Assembly: GCA_965644295.1 (NCBI GenBank)
Contig: CBFFRP010000077.1
Span: 124,001 to 188,000 of the forward strand
DNA from: Paraphysomonas bandaiensis
Lineage: Eukaryota; Protista; Chrysophyceae
DNA: 64,000 bases
Direction of reading: 5' to 3'
Below, one piece after another: positions 1-12,438 of this stretch (positions within the stretch are counted from its first letter, which is position 1; each line of letters begins with the position of its first letter). Both the position numbers and the translations under genes were made by a program. The notes beneath the pieces are model-generated. The model saw nothing but the letters and a program-made list of their open reading frames with translations, was not told where the DNA came from and did not search any database.

Positions 1-1125
1 AAGCGCCTCTGCCCGCGCACACCTATCATATTCGACACAGTGGATGTACACTTCCTCAGAGAGATACGCAAGTTCGACCAGGAAAGGAATGCACTTCTCA
101 CCACACTACAAACTAGTGAAAGACATGCTGCGTTAAGTCGTCTGATGCAGATGGAGTCAAAGCTGATTACAATGACCGACAGAGAGATTAATCTAATGAA
201 GATTGCCAATATAACATACGTGGTGAGTGCCTCTGAATACGAGTTGATCCGTCAGAAAGCTCCAGAAGTGGATGTGCGGATTGTATCAAACATGTACCGC
301 CCACCTGTCAAATTTCTATATAGTGACCCGGTAATGCGTAACGGGGCTATATTTGTGGGGTCCATGTGTCACCCTCCTAATGTGGGTGCTGTGGAGTTCA
401 TCGTGGACGAGATTCTAAGTAACAAAACTTTTCCGTTTGGCTTCAAGATGCACATAGTTGTTTCTCGATCAGCGGAATGCCCAGATACGATTATTGAAAA
501 GGCTGCAGCGCATCGACTAGTCGAGCTGCATAGAGATATCTCCAACGAGGCGCTAGCAGATTTGCATGAACGCGTCAAAGTATGCCTTGCGCCAGTTAAA
601 TATGGTGCAGGGGTGAAAGGCAAGGTGAACTATGCACTGCTGCATGGAGTTCCTGTAATATCCACAGTCGTTGGGGCAGAAGGGATGTACTTAGTGGACG
701 GAGATAGCGTTATGATTGCAGACTCAGGACACGAGTTCTACACATCGTTAATAAAATTATACAGTGATGTTGAGCTCTGGCAGAAACTTCGCGCTGGGGG
801 ACTCAAGGTTATGCAGGAGCATTTCAGCGTAGATGTTGCTCGTCAAACGATACTTCAGAGCTTAAAAGATTTAAATATAGAAATGGACTCAAAATCATGG
901 ATTTGCCCGTATCGATCCCAATGCCCGTCACTGTTAAAACACGGGGGATTGACGGTCTTTCACTCGAATAAACCAGATAAGTTGTATGTAGGCGAGCCGC
1001 CGAAAGAAAAGATTGAATTCTTTAAGCTAGAATATATGTACCCATGGATAGTGAATAGGACAGCTATAAATGCAAAGAAGCAGAAAAAGTCGATTAGTAG
1101 AGCACTGAGAGGCAATGGAATGTAG
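1..1125 (+). CDS. Glycosyltransferase family 4-like (GT-B) C-terminal part; 5' end lies outside the window
   Basis: Frame is open from base 1 (KRLCPRTPIIFDTVDVHFLRE...). It contains APVKYGAGVKGKVNYALLHGVPVISTVVGAEGM, typical of Glyco_trans_1_4 domains. No intron is needed in this part. Confidence 0.85.
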   Translation, partial: KRLCPRTPIIFDTVDVHFLREIRKFDQERNALLTTLQTSERHAALSRLMQMESKLITMTDREINLMKIANITYVVSASEYELIRQKAPEVDVRIVSNMYRPPVKFLYSDPVMRNGAIFVGSMCHPPNVGAVEFIVDEILSNKTFPFGFKMHIVVSRSAECPDTIIEKAAAHRLVELHRDISNEALADLHERVKVCLAPVKYGAGVKGKVNYALLHGVPVISTVVGAEGMYLVDGDSVMIADSGHEFYTSLIKLYSDVELWQKLRAGGLKVMQEHFSVDVARQTILQSLKDLNIEMDSKSWICPYRSQCPSLLKHGGLTVFHSNKPDKLYVGEPPKEKIEFFKLEYMYPWIVNRTAINAKKQKKSISRALRGNGM

Positions 1126-1339
1126 TTAGTGGAATAAACGACGATATTTTTGACATTGTACCCTGCATATTAATTTTTAGGCCTCCCCAGAAAATTGGGC
1201 ACTTTGAGCTCGCTGTTTTTTACTTCAGTGGATGCGGGTGGCTGAGTCAACTTTTGACGATTGAAGGAGTTGAAACACTATCTTTAACTACTATTATATT
1301 TTATATTCTTAACTCAATGGCTTTAATTAAATCTTGTCA

Positions 1340-3500
1340 ATCTAGATAGATTTCTACCTGTAGCTAAAACTACTACAAATTCTCATATCCTACTATGTAA
1401 CGCTACGAAAGCTGCTTGTGCGTCACCGCAAGCACCAAGGAGCAACCACATCCGCTCTTTTATGTGAGGGAAGATCTCAACGGACGTGAGTCCTTGGAGT
1501 GCAGATGCGTTTGGTCAGGGGAGCGCCCTTGGGGTAGGGATCTGCAGGGCTTCGGGAGGCACATCTGAATTTGTGAGTCGAGTATTCCTAGCCTGAGATA
1601 CATGGGCGAGGGGGTAGATTGCGGCTTTGGCGTGTCTGGAGGCGGCGCGAGCTACGAGTTGGGCTAGCTGGCGGAGACGGCGCCGTGGTATTTCCACTTG
1701 TGTAGGGGTTGGGGGAAAGGTACACGTGTGGGGTAGTAGGTATCCTCGCTGCACCTAGAAGTCGAAGAACCAGCAGTTTCCGTCGTGTGCTTCTACGTTT
1801 CTGACATGTTCTGGGGGGGAGTCTATGTGACCCCTTGGGTGTCGTAACGTAGCGGCGGCTGCGGTATTGAATGATTTATTTGGCTGCAGCATAAAGCGGA
1901 TGGAGAAGATCGACAACTGCCTTTTCTAGAGTACGAAGTCCTCGCGAGTTTAAAGCACAGTTGTATTGCGCTCCAAAAACATTCTCTTGCTGGGCCTCAG
2001 AGATAGTCCCCGTCCAGAATCGTTCAACCTGCGGTATTGAGGTATTCCAGGCTCTGCTGGAGAGTCGCTTGAGAATGGCGGCACCATATTGGTAGAGTCG
2101 GGACTCGTTGTCGTTCCCGTAGTCTCTCATTGGTCTGAAAGGCAGATTCTCGTATCTGGGAGATGGAGTCGTGTGGACAATCAAGGCATATATGTTTGAG
2201 AAACAAGAGTCGAAAACCACAGCCAGAGCATGTGGCTTTGTTCAGATCTAGGCCATATTTCGTTTTTTAGTCCGGTTCCTACCAAAGCTGAAGGATTGTT
2301 CCATGTCAGGGCTGTATTGAGTATGCGCTGATCTGCCTCAATCCTCCAGAGCCAGTTTATGCAGAAGTAAAGCACCACTCTCTTTTCAGTAACCAAGTGC
2401 ACGATGATGATTATGACAGTAGATTTGGTCGCGAAGCGTAGTATCATTCTCAAGTGTCCATTGATTACAAAGGGTTTGGAAATCAATGATCATGTGGTAT
2501 GTGACGTACGGCCGGCGTGTTCAGAAAGATGCCAGGGCCATTTTCCGGACGTGACAATGCCTTCCATGGCGGCTCGGGCAACATAAATTTCACAGTAAGT
2601 GTAATTGTGACGGCCTAGCTTGCGGTCAACTTTAAACCAGTCACCGCCTTCAACCGTGTCTGCTATGTAAATTCCTTTGTTGTCATATGTCCATTCAGCT
2701 TCGTTAGTGGTGCGCCTCTCGGGGGGGTGGGAGCGGACCCAGATAATGTTCCTCTTGGTACACGTCTTATTAGTTGCCGCGATGCTCTCAAGGAAGACCT
2801 CTTTAGCACAATTCCCTAGCGCACGTCATGAGGAGGGCTTCCCCAGCTCTCATGCGAACAGCCTTACAATCAGTATTGGTAGGAATGTGGGCGGGGTGCT
2901 CGTGAGGAGAGTATGAGAGCTATGACAACTGCTAATAGTTTGTACGCAGAAGGGTTTGTGCCTGGTATATATCTCACAGGAGTCGTTAGGCATAGAATTA
3001 TAGCGCGACCGCATCCCCAATCACATTCCGGTGAAAGCCAAATGGCAGCCGCACCTTGACTGTCAATTGTACTAGAGTACCTAAAGCGACAAATCCCCAT
3101 ATTTCGATAATAGCTACAACAATTGTACACCATACTAAAAATTGTAGACGCCTGAGAATTCTTCTCATTGGCATGCTGTGTGTATTATACGAGGTACATA
3201 ATCCTGATAATTACGACGTGACCCAAACTCTGAAAACACTGGGTGCCACTGCTCCAAATCACCTTTAGCATCAGATCGCAGTTTGAACTCTCCAGTAAAA
3301 TTCTTGGAGTATTACTGCAAATCCTGGTTTTAATGATGGGTCACTTGTACAACAGTGATTATGATCTTCCACATCAGAGAAAGGATGGAATACAAGTAGT
3401 AGTGTTTGATGATTTGATTTTAAAAGTTGATTAATCATTGCGGTTTCCCTAAAACTGTGTATTGGAAAGATAGTTTCTGTTCGAACCAATTTTTCAACTT
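1340..3500 (-). mobile_element. Degenerate 5'-truncated non-LTR retrotransposon (RNase H + Cys/His zinc-knuckle region + 3' end)
   Basis: Minus-strand frames broken by stops and frameshifts give RNase H-like motifs (GAAAIW...PSAYKLLAVVIAL; IIWVRSHPPERR...NKGIYIAD, ~2640-3130), then a C..CG/HICLDCP knuckle (~2170-2240). The ORF ends RMWLLLGACGDAQAAFVALHSRI*, which recurs at ~25100 and ~57600. Confidence 0.7.
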
Positions 3501-3757
3501 GAATGTCTATATATATATGTCCGGTGTGTTGAACACAATTCAGGCCGAAAAATCATTATTCGAGACAAAATGGGGAAGATAAAAATGGTCTGCACTGATA
3601 TATATTTACTATTTATCACATAGGAACAACTAAACCAATAAGTAACGGTTCAGAATAATCACACATACATAATTATTCAATTCTTTTATCTGCTAATAAC
3701 CCTACTTGTAGTATGATTATCGAGAAACTCCATATATTTACTAGGCCAAGTAATACC

Positions 3758-5475
3758 CTACATTGAATTGTTCGTGCGGTCAATGCTTTCGTTCTCAATG
3801 GCATGTTCCCTTTCCACTATTTTCGCTTCACTAGTCAACGGTTCCTTACCATCAGTGGTTTGTATATCATACGTTTGTACTAAGACCTCTGCACCAGTTA
3901 AGCATGATGCTCCTTTTGAAGAGTTTTCCACCTCAAGAGTCATGTTCTCCGCATGACAGTCCCCGTCCGTGTCGTTGCCCTCAATGTTCAGATGAGCCTC
4001 CAACCCTCCCGTTGTACAACCACTCACATGAACATCCCGTAATGTAATCTCTACTTTAGTTTCGACTTCCTCCATCTTGCCCTTTATGCATGCTCGCTCC
4101 TCTTTCCTTCTCCTCTCGTACAACATCATATCTCTGACAAAGCCTTGGGCTTTCACACGTAAAACAGAAGCACCACGGAAGTGAGAACTCTGCAGCCACA
4201 ATGCCAGTGCCATAAAAGAGCTCGGCCAAATAGTAGCAATTCCATAGCTGCGAAATAGCATCAGCATTCCTAAGCAAAACCAATACTCCAGCCACCCCTC
4301 AGCTGTAACTGGTACAACACTTGTTTTCTCTTTCTTTGGTTTGTTAGAGGGTTGGAGGTCAACCACTGTACGTCCACTCTTGTAGGCCGGAAGCAATATA
4401 GCTACAATGACCACACCTACGCTAGCGATTCTAAATGGCATAAACATGAACATTACTGATATCAACACAGCTCCGCTGTCTTCCAATAATCCACGAATGG
4501 ACTCAACAATACTGCCTGGAATGCCAATGAATCGCATTGCTGTTAGTACACCGCCCAATGACGACCCAACATCAGCGGCAGGGATTTGGTTTACGTAGTA
4601 TTGTATAATGGGATGGGTCCATTCAAACACCAGGTCTGCACATACAGGGGACGCTTGTACCCACACAGCCACCTACACCACACATGAATAAGCATCACGC
4701 ATATACTGCAATATAGTGGACAACGCATAACAACAATTATATACTACAATACTGTACTCACCACCATCGCAAATTCGCGAAGAGTAGGAAGTATACGCAG
4801 AAGTATACCAGAAAATGGGACGATTTCAGAAAGAGTAGAACAGGTGAAGTACAGCGACAACACAATCCAAGTTACCAGTCGATCTCTGTAGGTGGAAGTC
4901 TTTTCCATCCGCACACTCTGAAACGTACGATACATCGGCGCAACTAGTGTAAAGAAAGGTAGCACACGAGGTGAGGACAACGGAAGAAGAAATTTATTCC
5001 CAAAGTAGGCTAGCAGGCCGGAAGCAGAGAAAAAAAGCACATGTGGTGCTACTCGAGCGGCAGTACGAGACTTTCGGGATATATTTTCTTCGAGTCGTTT
5101 CCATGCAGAATAAATACCTTTACGAAACAAGAAGAAAACTAATGCAGTGGTGATTATGAGAAGTTCGACGACAATATCCCAAAATCCTAACTGACTTCTA
5201 TGGAATTCAATGACGGCCGAACTACAGCTAACCAACAGAGGGAAACATAAGAACACTACTTTGAGAATAAAAATGATCAAGTAATATAAAACAGACGATA
5301 TTGCGTGTAGAAAGGCCAGAAAACTAACTATGAGTTCATATATAGACGCATAAAATCTGGAGAATATAATCTCATCGTATAGAGATGGATTCAGCACCAC
5401 AAACTCGTAGAGATGAGGAAAGCTATCTTGAAATCTTAAGATGACATCAAATACTTGGGAGTATGTGATAAGCAT
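3758..5475 (-). CDS. Membrane protein with two tandem TB2/DP1-HVA22 (REEP/Yop1-like) domains; exons 5475-4762, 4672-3758
   Basis: A GT-AG intron (4761-4673) joins two ORFs. There are two copies of the pattern P.Y.(T/S)...L.(T/Y)W...(AVWVQ/ALWLQ..FRGA), which resembles TB2_DP1_HVA22, and an acidic tail. The ATG is in a CACAATG context. Confidence 0.7.
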
Positions 5476-5911
5476 TGTGGACTGTGCTGGCAGCAACAGA
5501 GATGTGTCAAGTCTATGACATCCTGTTCCTGGTGTTGTCACGGTGTTGATATTCACAATGAGAGCCGGAATACTCGTAGTGGTATATACAGTAGGTATAG
5601 TATACCGTATATACTGTACTGTACCTATATGACTATACAGTACCAGTATATATAGCATGTGGTGGAATACTGAAAATACCAAGGTACATCTATACACTCC
5701 ACATATACACAGTACTGGAGTACATACTCTGAAGGAGCAACATACATACATATACACACCATATGTATCTTCATCGAAATCGAAGTGAGTAATGGAAGTG
5801 TTTGCAGGCATGTCCAGCAGTATCAATATTCTATCGCACTGTACAGTGAAATTTCCTGGGATCACTTTACCCTCCTTATAGTTCTATTAGTACAGTGCCT
5901 CTATTTGTAGT

Positions 5912-8900
5912 ATGTTTGTATATATTCTCCTCTGCATTATTCTATTCACTATATCCTACTGGATCCTCTCCAAACCCTCCTCCTCCGAGGACAGGAAAAC
6001 TCCAACCACAGTCAAGCCCGTGCAGTCGTTTGATGATGGTTTACTAAGTGAAAGAAGGCTTCGTCCAGTCTATAATAAAATATCTAATAAAGTTGGACAA
6101 TCCTTTAAATGGCTCAAGAATAAAGCGAAGAATAAATTCGCATCTTCTGGGAGAACACGGGGAGATGGACTGAACAGCATTTTCTCTGAGACGAATGTAT
6201 TGGAGGGTCCATCACCGGTACAGTCTAATCTAGATGCTGCTATTGCGAGTGTTCGATCAGAGATACTAGACGCTCACCAGGAGTTCGCATTTGCTTCACT
6301 TTTTAAATGGGGAATATTTGAGGGTGCAGAGCTCTCGATTTTGAATGATTTATGTTCGAATGCGACACTAGTTTCTCGAAAAAAAGGTGATATGATTGTT
6401 GCTGAAAATGACACCAAAAGTGAACTATTATATGTGATCAAATCTGGTAGCTGTGAAATTTCATTTTTAATGCCTAATGGGTCACGTGAATCGGTATATG
6501 AACTCTCTGAGGGAAGTGTCGTAGCAAGCGTAGTGGATGTTATATCGTGGATTATACGTAGCGACGTTCGGCGGGAGATTGCTGTTCGATGTGCATGTGA
6601 CTGTGAGCTTGTAGCCATACCCTCACCCCGTGACGAGAAGGGGAGATTTCAGTCCCGGCTACACGCGACGTCATTTGCACGTATAGTACGTATGCTTTTG
6701 ATTCGATTCAACCGTACAACAATCACCACTGCACTCTTTTACCTTGGTCTTGCAGAACATTTTATCCCTTCTTTTCCTAGAATTCCTATCCCTGAGGAGC
6801 TTGTGGAACTATGCAAGAGCTCTTCTTGTGGAGGTAGATCAAGAGTCGGGTCAGAAGATGAACTGCTCATGAGTGATGTTTCTCATTCCCGGTCCGTGCT
6901 TTTGGTGAGAGAAGCAATTGCTGGTTTGCTTGGGGTTGATGCTTCGGACATAAATCTACCACAGTCGAGTACATCGGCATGTTCCCACTCGTCTTCTTCC
7001 GGGTTACGTCATGATGAGGAAGAGGAACTGGAGGATGGCGATAGAGAGAGTACACTGAGTATTCCCCCTCCGATTGCTATCACGAGAGCACTATCATTTG
7101 ATTCGACAATGGCTCAAGGAGGTGATACCACTCAGCGCATTTCGCAGGACTCGTACTACTCTTCACATGCACCTAGAGGTCAAGGCAGAAGTAAGTCAGG
7201 GCTCTGTATGATGGCTGCCGGTCAATCTATATTGGATGTTGACCCAGTGCCAGGCCTTTACGTCATTGTTTCTGGTCGAATCCAGATCCAGTTTTTAGGA
7301 ACGAATAACCTTAAACGCATGTCCAACCTCCATAAGCCGCGACGAAATGTTGCTCCCGTACAGGCACTGTTATCACAAACCTCCACTGGTGCCACTGCAA
7401 TCCTCAGCGAAGGAGAAGTAATTGGTCAAATCGCACTTCTCGCTGGTACAAGTTCAGAATGGTACGGACGACGGGATGGAAGTGCACCTCCTGTTATGAG
7501 TGTTATTGCTCTGGAGGACAGTTTTCTCCTCCGTGTGCCGGTGAAATCTTATGAGAAAGCCCTTGCAGCTCACCCTCAAGTAATATTCCATCTCAGTAGT
7601 CGAATTTTGTCTGCGTTGCCACCAATCATACGTCTATTTGATCTATGCACGAAATGGGTTCGTCTGAATGGCGGGGATGATATTGTCACGCGAGGACAGG
7701 GAGCTACTGGAGAACTGTATATAGTTCTGTGTGGACGCTTGCGGGTCGTTATCCGGCGTGGAGAAGAGGATGGTCACGAGTCAGACTTGAGAGAGGCATA
7801 TCCCAGGACGGACGGAGGCTATTTGGGTCGTACTGGAGACTGGGTTATAGGACGAGGGACCCTTATTGGGGACACTGAATTACTTACCGGCGAGCCATTT
7901 CGACACACAGTGCGAGCAATTAGACAGACAGCTTTGTCTCGTGTGCCTGTTAAGTTGTTGGACTTTTTGTCTCGAAACTACCCCATTATACTCACGTATA
8001 TCGTCAAGAATGTATCAGACAAGCAAGCTGCTGCCCTCTCTAGTACTATATCTCCTTCTATGCATCAGACTTCAGGGGGGATTGATGTTGTGTCTTCAAA
8101 AACTATTATGGTGTGTCCAATATCAGGCTCCGTACCTCTAGATCTTGTGTGTTCCACCCTTAGAATATGTCTTGAGCGATGTGTAAGAAAAGCATTGCTG
8201 GTTACTTCCAGTGATGCCGCGGCGGTATTTGGGGGAGTTCTTGATGGTCTATCGGAATATGAGCTTGTATTGACTGTGGGAAGTTGGATGCATCAAATGG
8301 AGTTGGATTATGATATCGTTATATATCAGGCTGATTGGACTCATAGTGCTTGGAATCGATTATGTGTAACACAGTGCGATGAGATTCTTCTCGTTGCCAA
8401 TGCACTTGATGATCCTGAGGTAATAAGCGATGGTACTACTAAGTGGCTTTTTGTAAGACCATATATATAGATTATATACCCACTAGAAGAGTGTCTTCAC
8501 ACTGAGAGTAAGTTAATTCCGAAAACACTTGTGATGCTTTTCGTAAACCCGGCGGAGGATGCCCATCCATCCGGCACTAGAAAATGGATAGAGAGGAGGG
8601 AAGGAGTCGAGAGACACGTTCATGTAAGCATTTGTTCGAGGTTCTGATTTATGAATTCGCTTTTTGATACTGTATCGATTATTTTTAGGTTCGATTGCAT
8701 ACAAGCAACCAGCGCTTTGACACGCATCACTATCGGTCTGATTTTAATCGCTTGGCAAGAATCCTTACAGACACAGCTGTGGGTGTTGTACTGGGGGGCG
8801 GAGGCGCACGGGGAATATCTCATATAGGGGTTCTTCAGGCACTAGAAGAGCGTGGGATACCAGTGGATATGATTGGTGGCACTTCTATAGGATCATTCAT

Positions 8901-10166
8901 TGGAGGATTATACTCCTGTGAACAAAGTGTTTTGAAAGTTAATCCTATAGCCAAATCTTGGGCCAGTAAACTAGCATCCCTGTGGTTTTATTTCGAAGGC
9001 AAGCATGTTGTTGCGTATGCGATGAAGTGTTGTTTTGTCTAATTTGTAGTGCATGTTATTCTTTCAGATCTCACGTTTCCAGTGACGTCCTACTTTAACG
9101 GTTACAATTTCAGCCGTGCCATTCGACATGTTTTCTCTGGTCGAAAAATTGAAGATTTCTGGCTGAATTACTTCTGTGTTACAACAGATCTTACTAGTCA
9201 CACTGAGCGTATTCATGTTAATGGTACAGCTTCACGGTATGTATACTCGATTCTTTAATAAAAACGTTGACACGTGTTGGTGCAGATATATACGGGCATC
9301 TATGAGTCTCGCAAACTTTTTGCCGCCTTTGTGTGACGTCGATCCCAGAGACAGCTCCTGCCACTACTTGGTAATATCGTAAGCTTTGATCCTTTCAAGT
9401 AAACTCTTTGTACTAGGTTGATGGTGGGTATGTTAACACTGTACCTGTGGATATTATGAAGTACAGGTCAGTAATTGTCACACTTACTTGTACCATAAAT
9501 ACACGTGGTATATATAAAGTAGACAATCGGAACGTATTTGAGTATCGTTGATATGGAAGAACTAAATGAATATGCCGTAGGTTTGGGGCCCGTGTTATTA
9601 TTGCTGTGGATGTGAGCGGTGAATGGTCACTTGCGGCGACTCATAACTACGGTGATTTTTTGAGTGGGGCTTCTGTTCTATTGTCACGATGGAACCCATT
9701 CAGTCAAGCGCAGAATGTACGGTGATACCATTATATGCCCAAGATATATAGAGTGTTATATCACGACCTTCATTTTCATATAGCCTAATATGAATTTTGA
9801 TATTAGGTTCCCTCAATGGCTGACATCGCCACACAAATTGCTTTTGTCTCTGCATGCCGTCAAATCCAACGAGTTAAAGGAATTGCCGATCTATATATCG
9901 TGCCACCAATTAATCAGTACTCTGTATTAGATTTTGGTAACTTCGAAGAGATTCGACAGGTATTATAGTATTACGCTTTATGTAGTTACTACTTTCATAT
10001 ATTGATGCGCTGGTTGTAGGTGGGACTAGATTATGGTCGAGCCTGTGTAGACGAGTGGTTAATGAATTTGGCGCCAGAGGAAGGGAAACCGAAATACAAG
10101 TGGATGAAAAGACGGACACATACGCAGTCTCAGTCTGGCATGCAGGGGGAAAATGTCCCTCATTGA
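5912..10166 (+). CDS. NTE1: Neuropathy target esterase-like patatin phospholipase with cNMP-binding domains (multi-exon)
   Basis: N-terminal TM anchor and three cNMP-like domains ([21 protein letters not shown]). Patatin motifs GGGGARG, GTSIG and HYL|VDGGY (intron-split) are present. Short introns rebuild a continuous frame ending at TGA 10164-10166. Confidence 0.93.
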
Positions 10167-10739
10167 ATAACATTAGATTACTCGGCCATAATGGGCGCAT
10201 TACAGTTAAGTTGTTATAGTTAGCGTTCAGGGTAGACCTTATAATGTAATTGAGTGTAAATATTATTTCAATGATGTGATGTATGTGGATTAGCTATTGC
10301 TCGGTTTGCGAAAGTTTGTCATAGTTCACTTCATACCATGGTTTCTACTAGAGTTTCTAGTACTTTATAATCTCCGTTCACACAGCAAAAGTGTATCATG
10401 TGGGACTACACACACACAGTGACGACAAAAGGAGTGGTAAATGGGATTTATTTCTTTTGTGGCCAGAGTGTGTGGTGTGTGGACTTATGATCAGACTACT
10501 GACTGCTGATATATTCACGAGATATTTGTGTGGTGTGATTTATGAGAAACACATAAAGAGATGTCTAGAGGCAAAGATCAGGAATGTTCGAAGGAAGATG
10601 TTAGAGGTACAAGAGCGTTGACTGAGATGATACCAGCTGAAATGTAGGGCTCTACTAGTTTGTCCAATTCGTTTTTTGGTGGTTGCATATCCGTCAGGTA
10701 AGTCTGTGAGGATGTGAAGATTCTACTCACAGCTTTGAA

Positions 10740-11010
10740 TTGAGAAGGAGTGTTGAGTTTTGATGTTTGTGAGCAATTAAAGCTGCAGTTCAATTTTTTT
10801 AACTACGACCTTAAATCGAAGAATTTACAGTTGTGGTTAACTGTAATATAAAAACAATGTTATGATAGTTATTGTGGTAGTGAACTGAAATATGTTGACC
10901 CGTGTAAGTGACTATCTAAGATTGTATGAAAATAATTGGTAGTTGAATGTTGAGATAATATGAATTTGGCTAATGACGTAAATGATAAGTGATATTGATC
11001 ATAATTTATA
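10740..11010. repeat. Dispersed repeat copy A1 (paralogue at ~63520-63775)
   Basis: Shares collinear blocks TTGAGTTTTG, GAGCAATTAAA(A)GCTG(C/T)AGTTC, AACTGAAATATGTTGACC, TATCTAAGATTG and AAGTGATATTGATCATAA with 63520-63775. Confidence 0.75.
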
Positions 11011-11495
11011 ATTTAAGCATCGTTTGTATATCAAGTTTAGTTACTTTAGACTAGAACATCCGTAAAATGTCGAATCGTTTCATAATTACTACAACTACAA
11101 TTTCACTTACAAATAAGTACGAAATAATAAAATCGGCTTAGCGTTTAATCGACAATTTATGATAAGTAATAAGAAATGATGACACATGTCAATTTAACCG
11201 CAACAATGCCGAATACATCGCGGCTCCCTCCTTTGCAATTAACATTATATCATCCAGTTCAAGTAGTCACAGCACAGTTGTCTGTCATTAGACAAATGGA
11301 TGAAACTAGATCACTGTACACCAGTACAATGGGGTGGGTACGGGGTAGACCATCGTATAACATAAGGAGGGGTATATAATGCATGACATGTTGATTTTTA
11401 TTTATAATACATACACATATGAGGGAGTCGCGCATGTCCTGCAAGGATGGTGATGATCACAAGCTAATCGAACAAAATAAGTGCATACTGCAATG

Positions 11496-11918
11496 CTATT
11501 TCACATCTTTCGTGGTATTACATTCCATGTTTGTCGACCAAAAATAATAGCCAACGAGCGATATAATGCATGTCATATATGGAGCAACAAGCTCGTTTGA
11601 AGCTGAAGTGGGGGCTAAGGATGCAATGTAACGTCCATTTACAGCAGTGGACAACCAGTCAAACACAGTCATTACAATATTCATTTTCAACATAAAGCCG
11701 AGTAATGTCCGACTCCCTTTAGGAATATTAAATACTACCGCAAACTGAATAATGGCAATGTAAACAAGCTTGTTGCCGAGCGCTCCAGCGGCCCACAGGA
11801 ACTCTGCAGGATCCACCGCAAAAAAGTTGAAATCAGCAAATAAATATATATAGCCTGATAAAAGGGAATGCAATGCAATTAAATAGAGACATATCACAGC
11901 AATAGTGGAGTCACTCAT
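11496..11918 (-). CDS. Small multi-pass (~4 TM) membrane protein of unknown function
   Basis: Intronless 140-aa ORF with four hydrophobic segments. The ATG is in a CCAATG context and the gene is divergent from the desaturase. Confidence 0.65.
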   Translation of the reverse strand: MSDSTIAVICLYLIALHSLLSGYIYLFADFNFFAVDPAEFLWAAGALGNKLVYIAIIQFAVVFNIPKGSRTLLGFMLKMNIVMTVFDWLSTAVNGRYIASLAPTSASNELVAPYMTCIISLVGYYFWSTNMECNTTKDVK

Positions 11919-12438
11919 TGGCTATAATGATTCAGTTATATAGTCATCGGTGATATTTATGTGTCCATATAGTATACTGTACTGGTTCGTGGAATACAGA
12001 CTGTGATTCTACCTCCTACTGTTTACATTAAGAACTTCGATAATAACACTCTCTCAATTAATCAGTCTAATACTGCTCTCTCATTCTATTACAATGATGT
12101 TCATATGATGCGATATCATGCACAGCACTGTCGAATGAGTCAAAGCAAGAAGTGTATGCATCCACGTATCCACACAGCAGCACACAGAGTACAACATACT
12201 TGTAGATTTACAGTTTATCCATATAAAACCCGTATTTTCGTACTTTTTTCTTAGTGGAAAATATACACACAGCCAATGTACAGTACATGTACGTACGATC
12301 GCAGTACTCTGCTCTGCTGGTACAGGCAGTGTATACCGGTATATGCAGTGAATATCATGGAATGGATATCTTGATGTGTCCGTATCCCATACAAAATCAA
12401 CCAAACATCATTTATTTTCCCACCACATTAACGCAACT

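Noticed and set aside
3540-3576. Short similarity to 14813-14848 (CAGG..AAAAA...GAGACAAAATGGGGA)
   Set aside because: About 35 bp only with no defined ends; possibly a repeat fragment but too short to call.
5476-5865. N-terminal 130 aa of ORF 4744..5865, and similar extensions of 12376.. and 59051..
   Set aside because: They start at non-ATG codons or run through low-complexity promoter DNA. The downstream ATGs in CACAATG/CAACTATG context fit the family N-termini.
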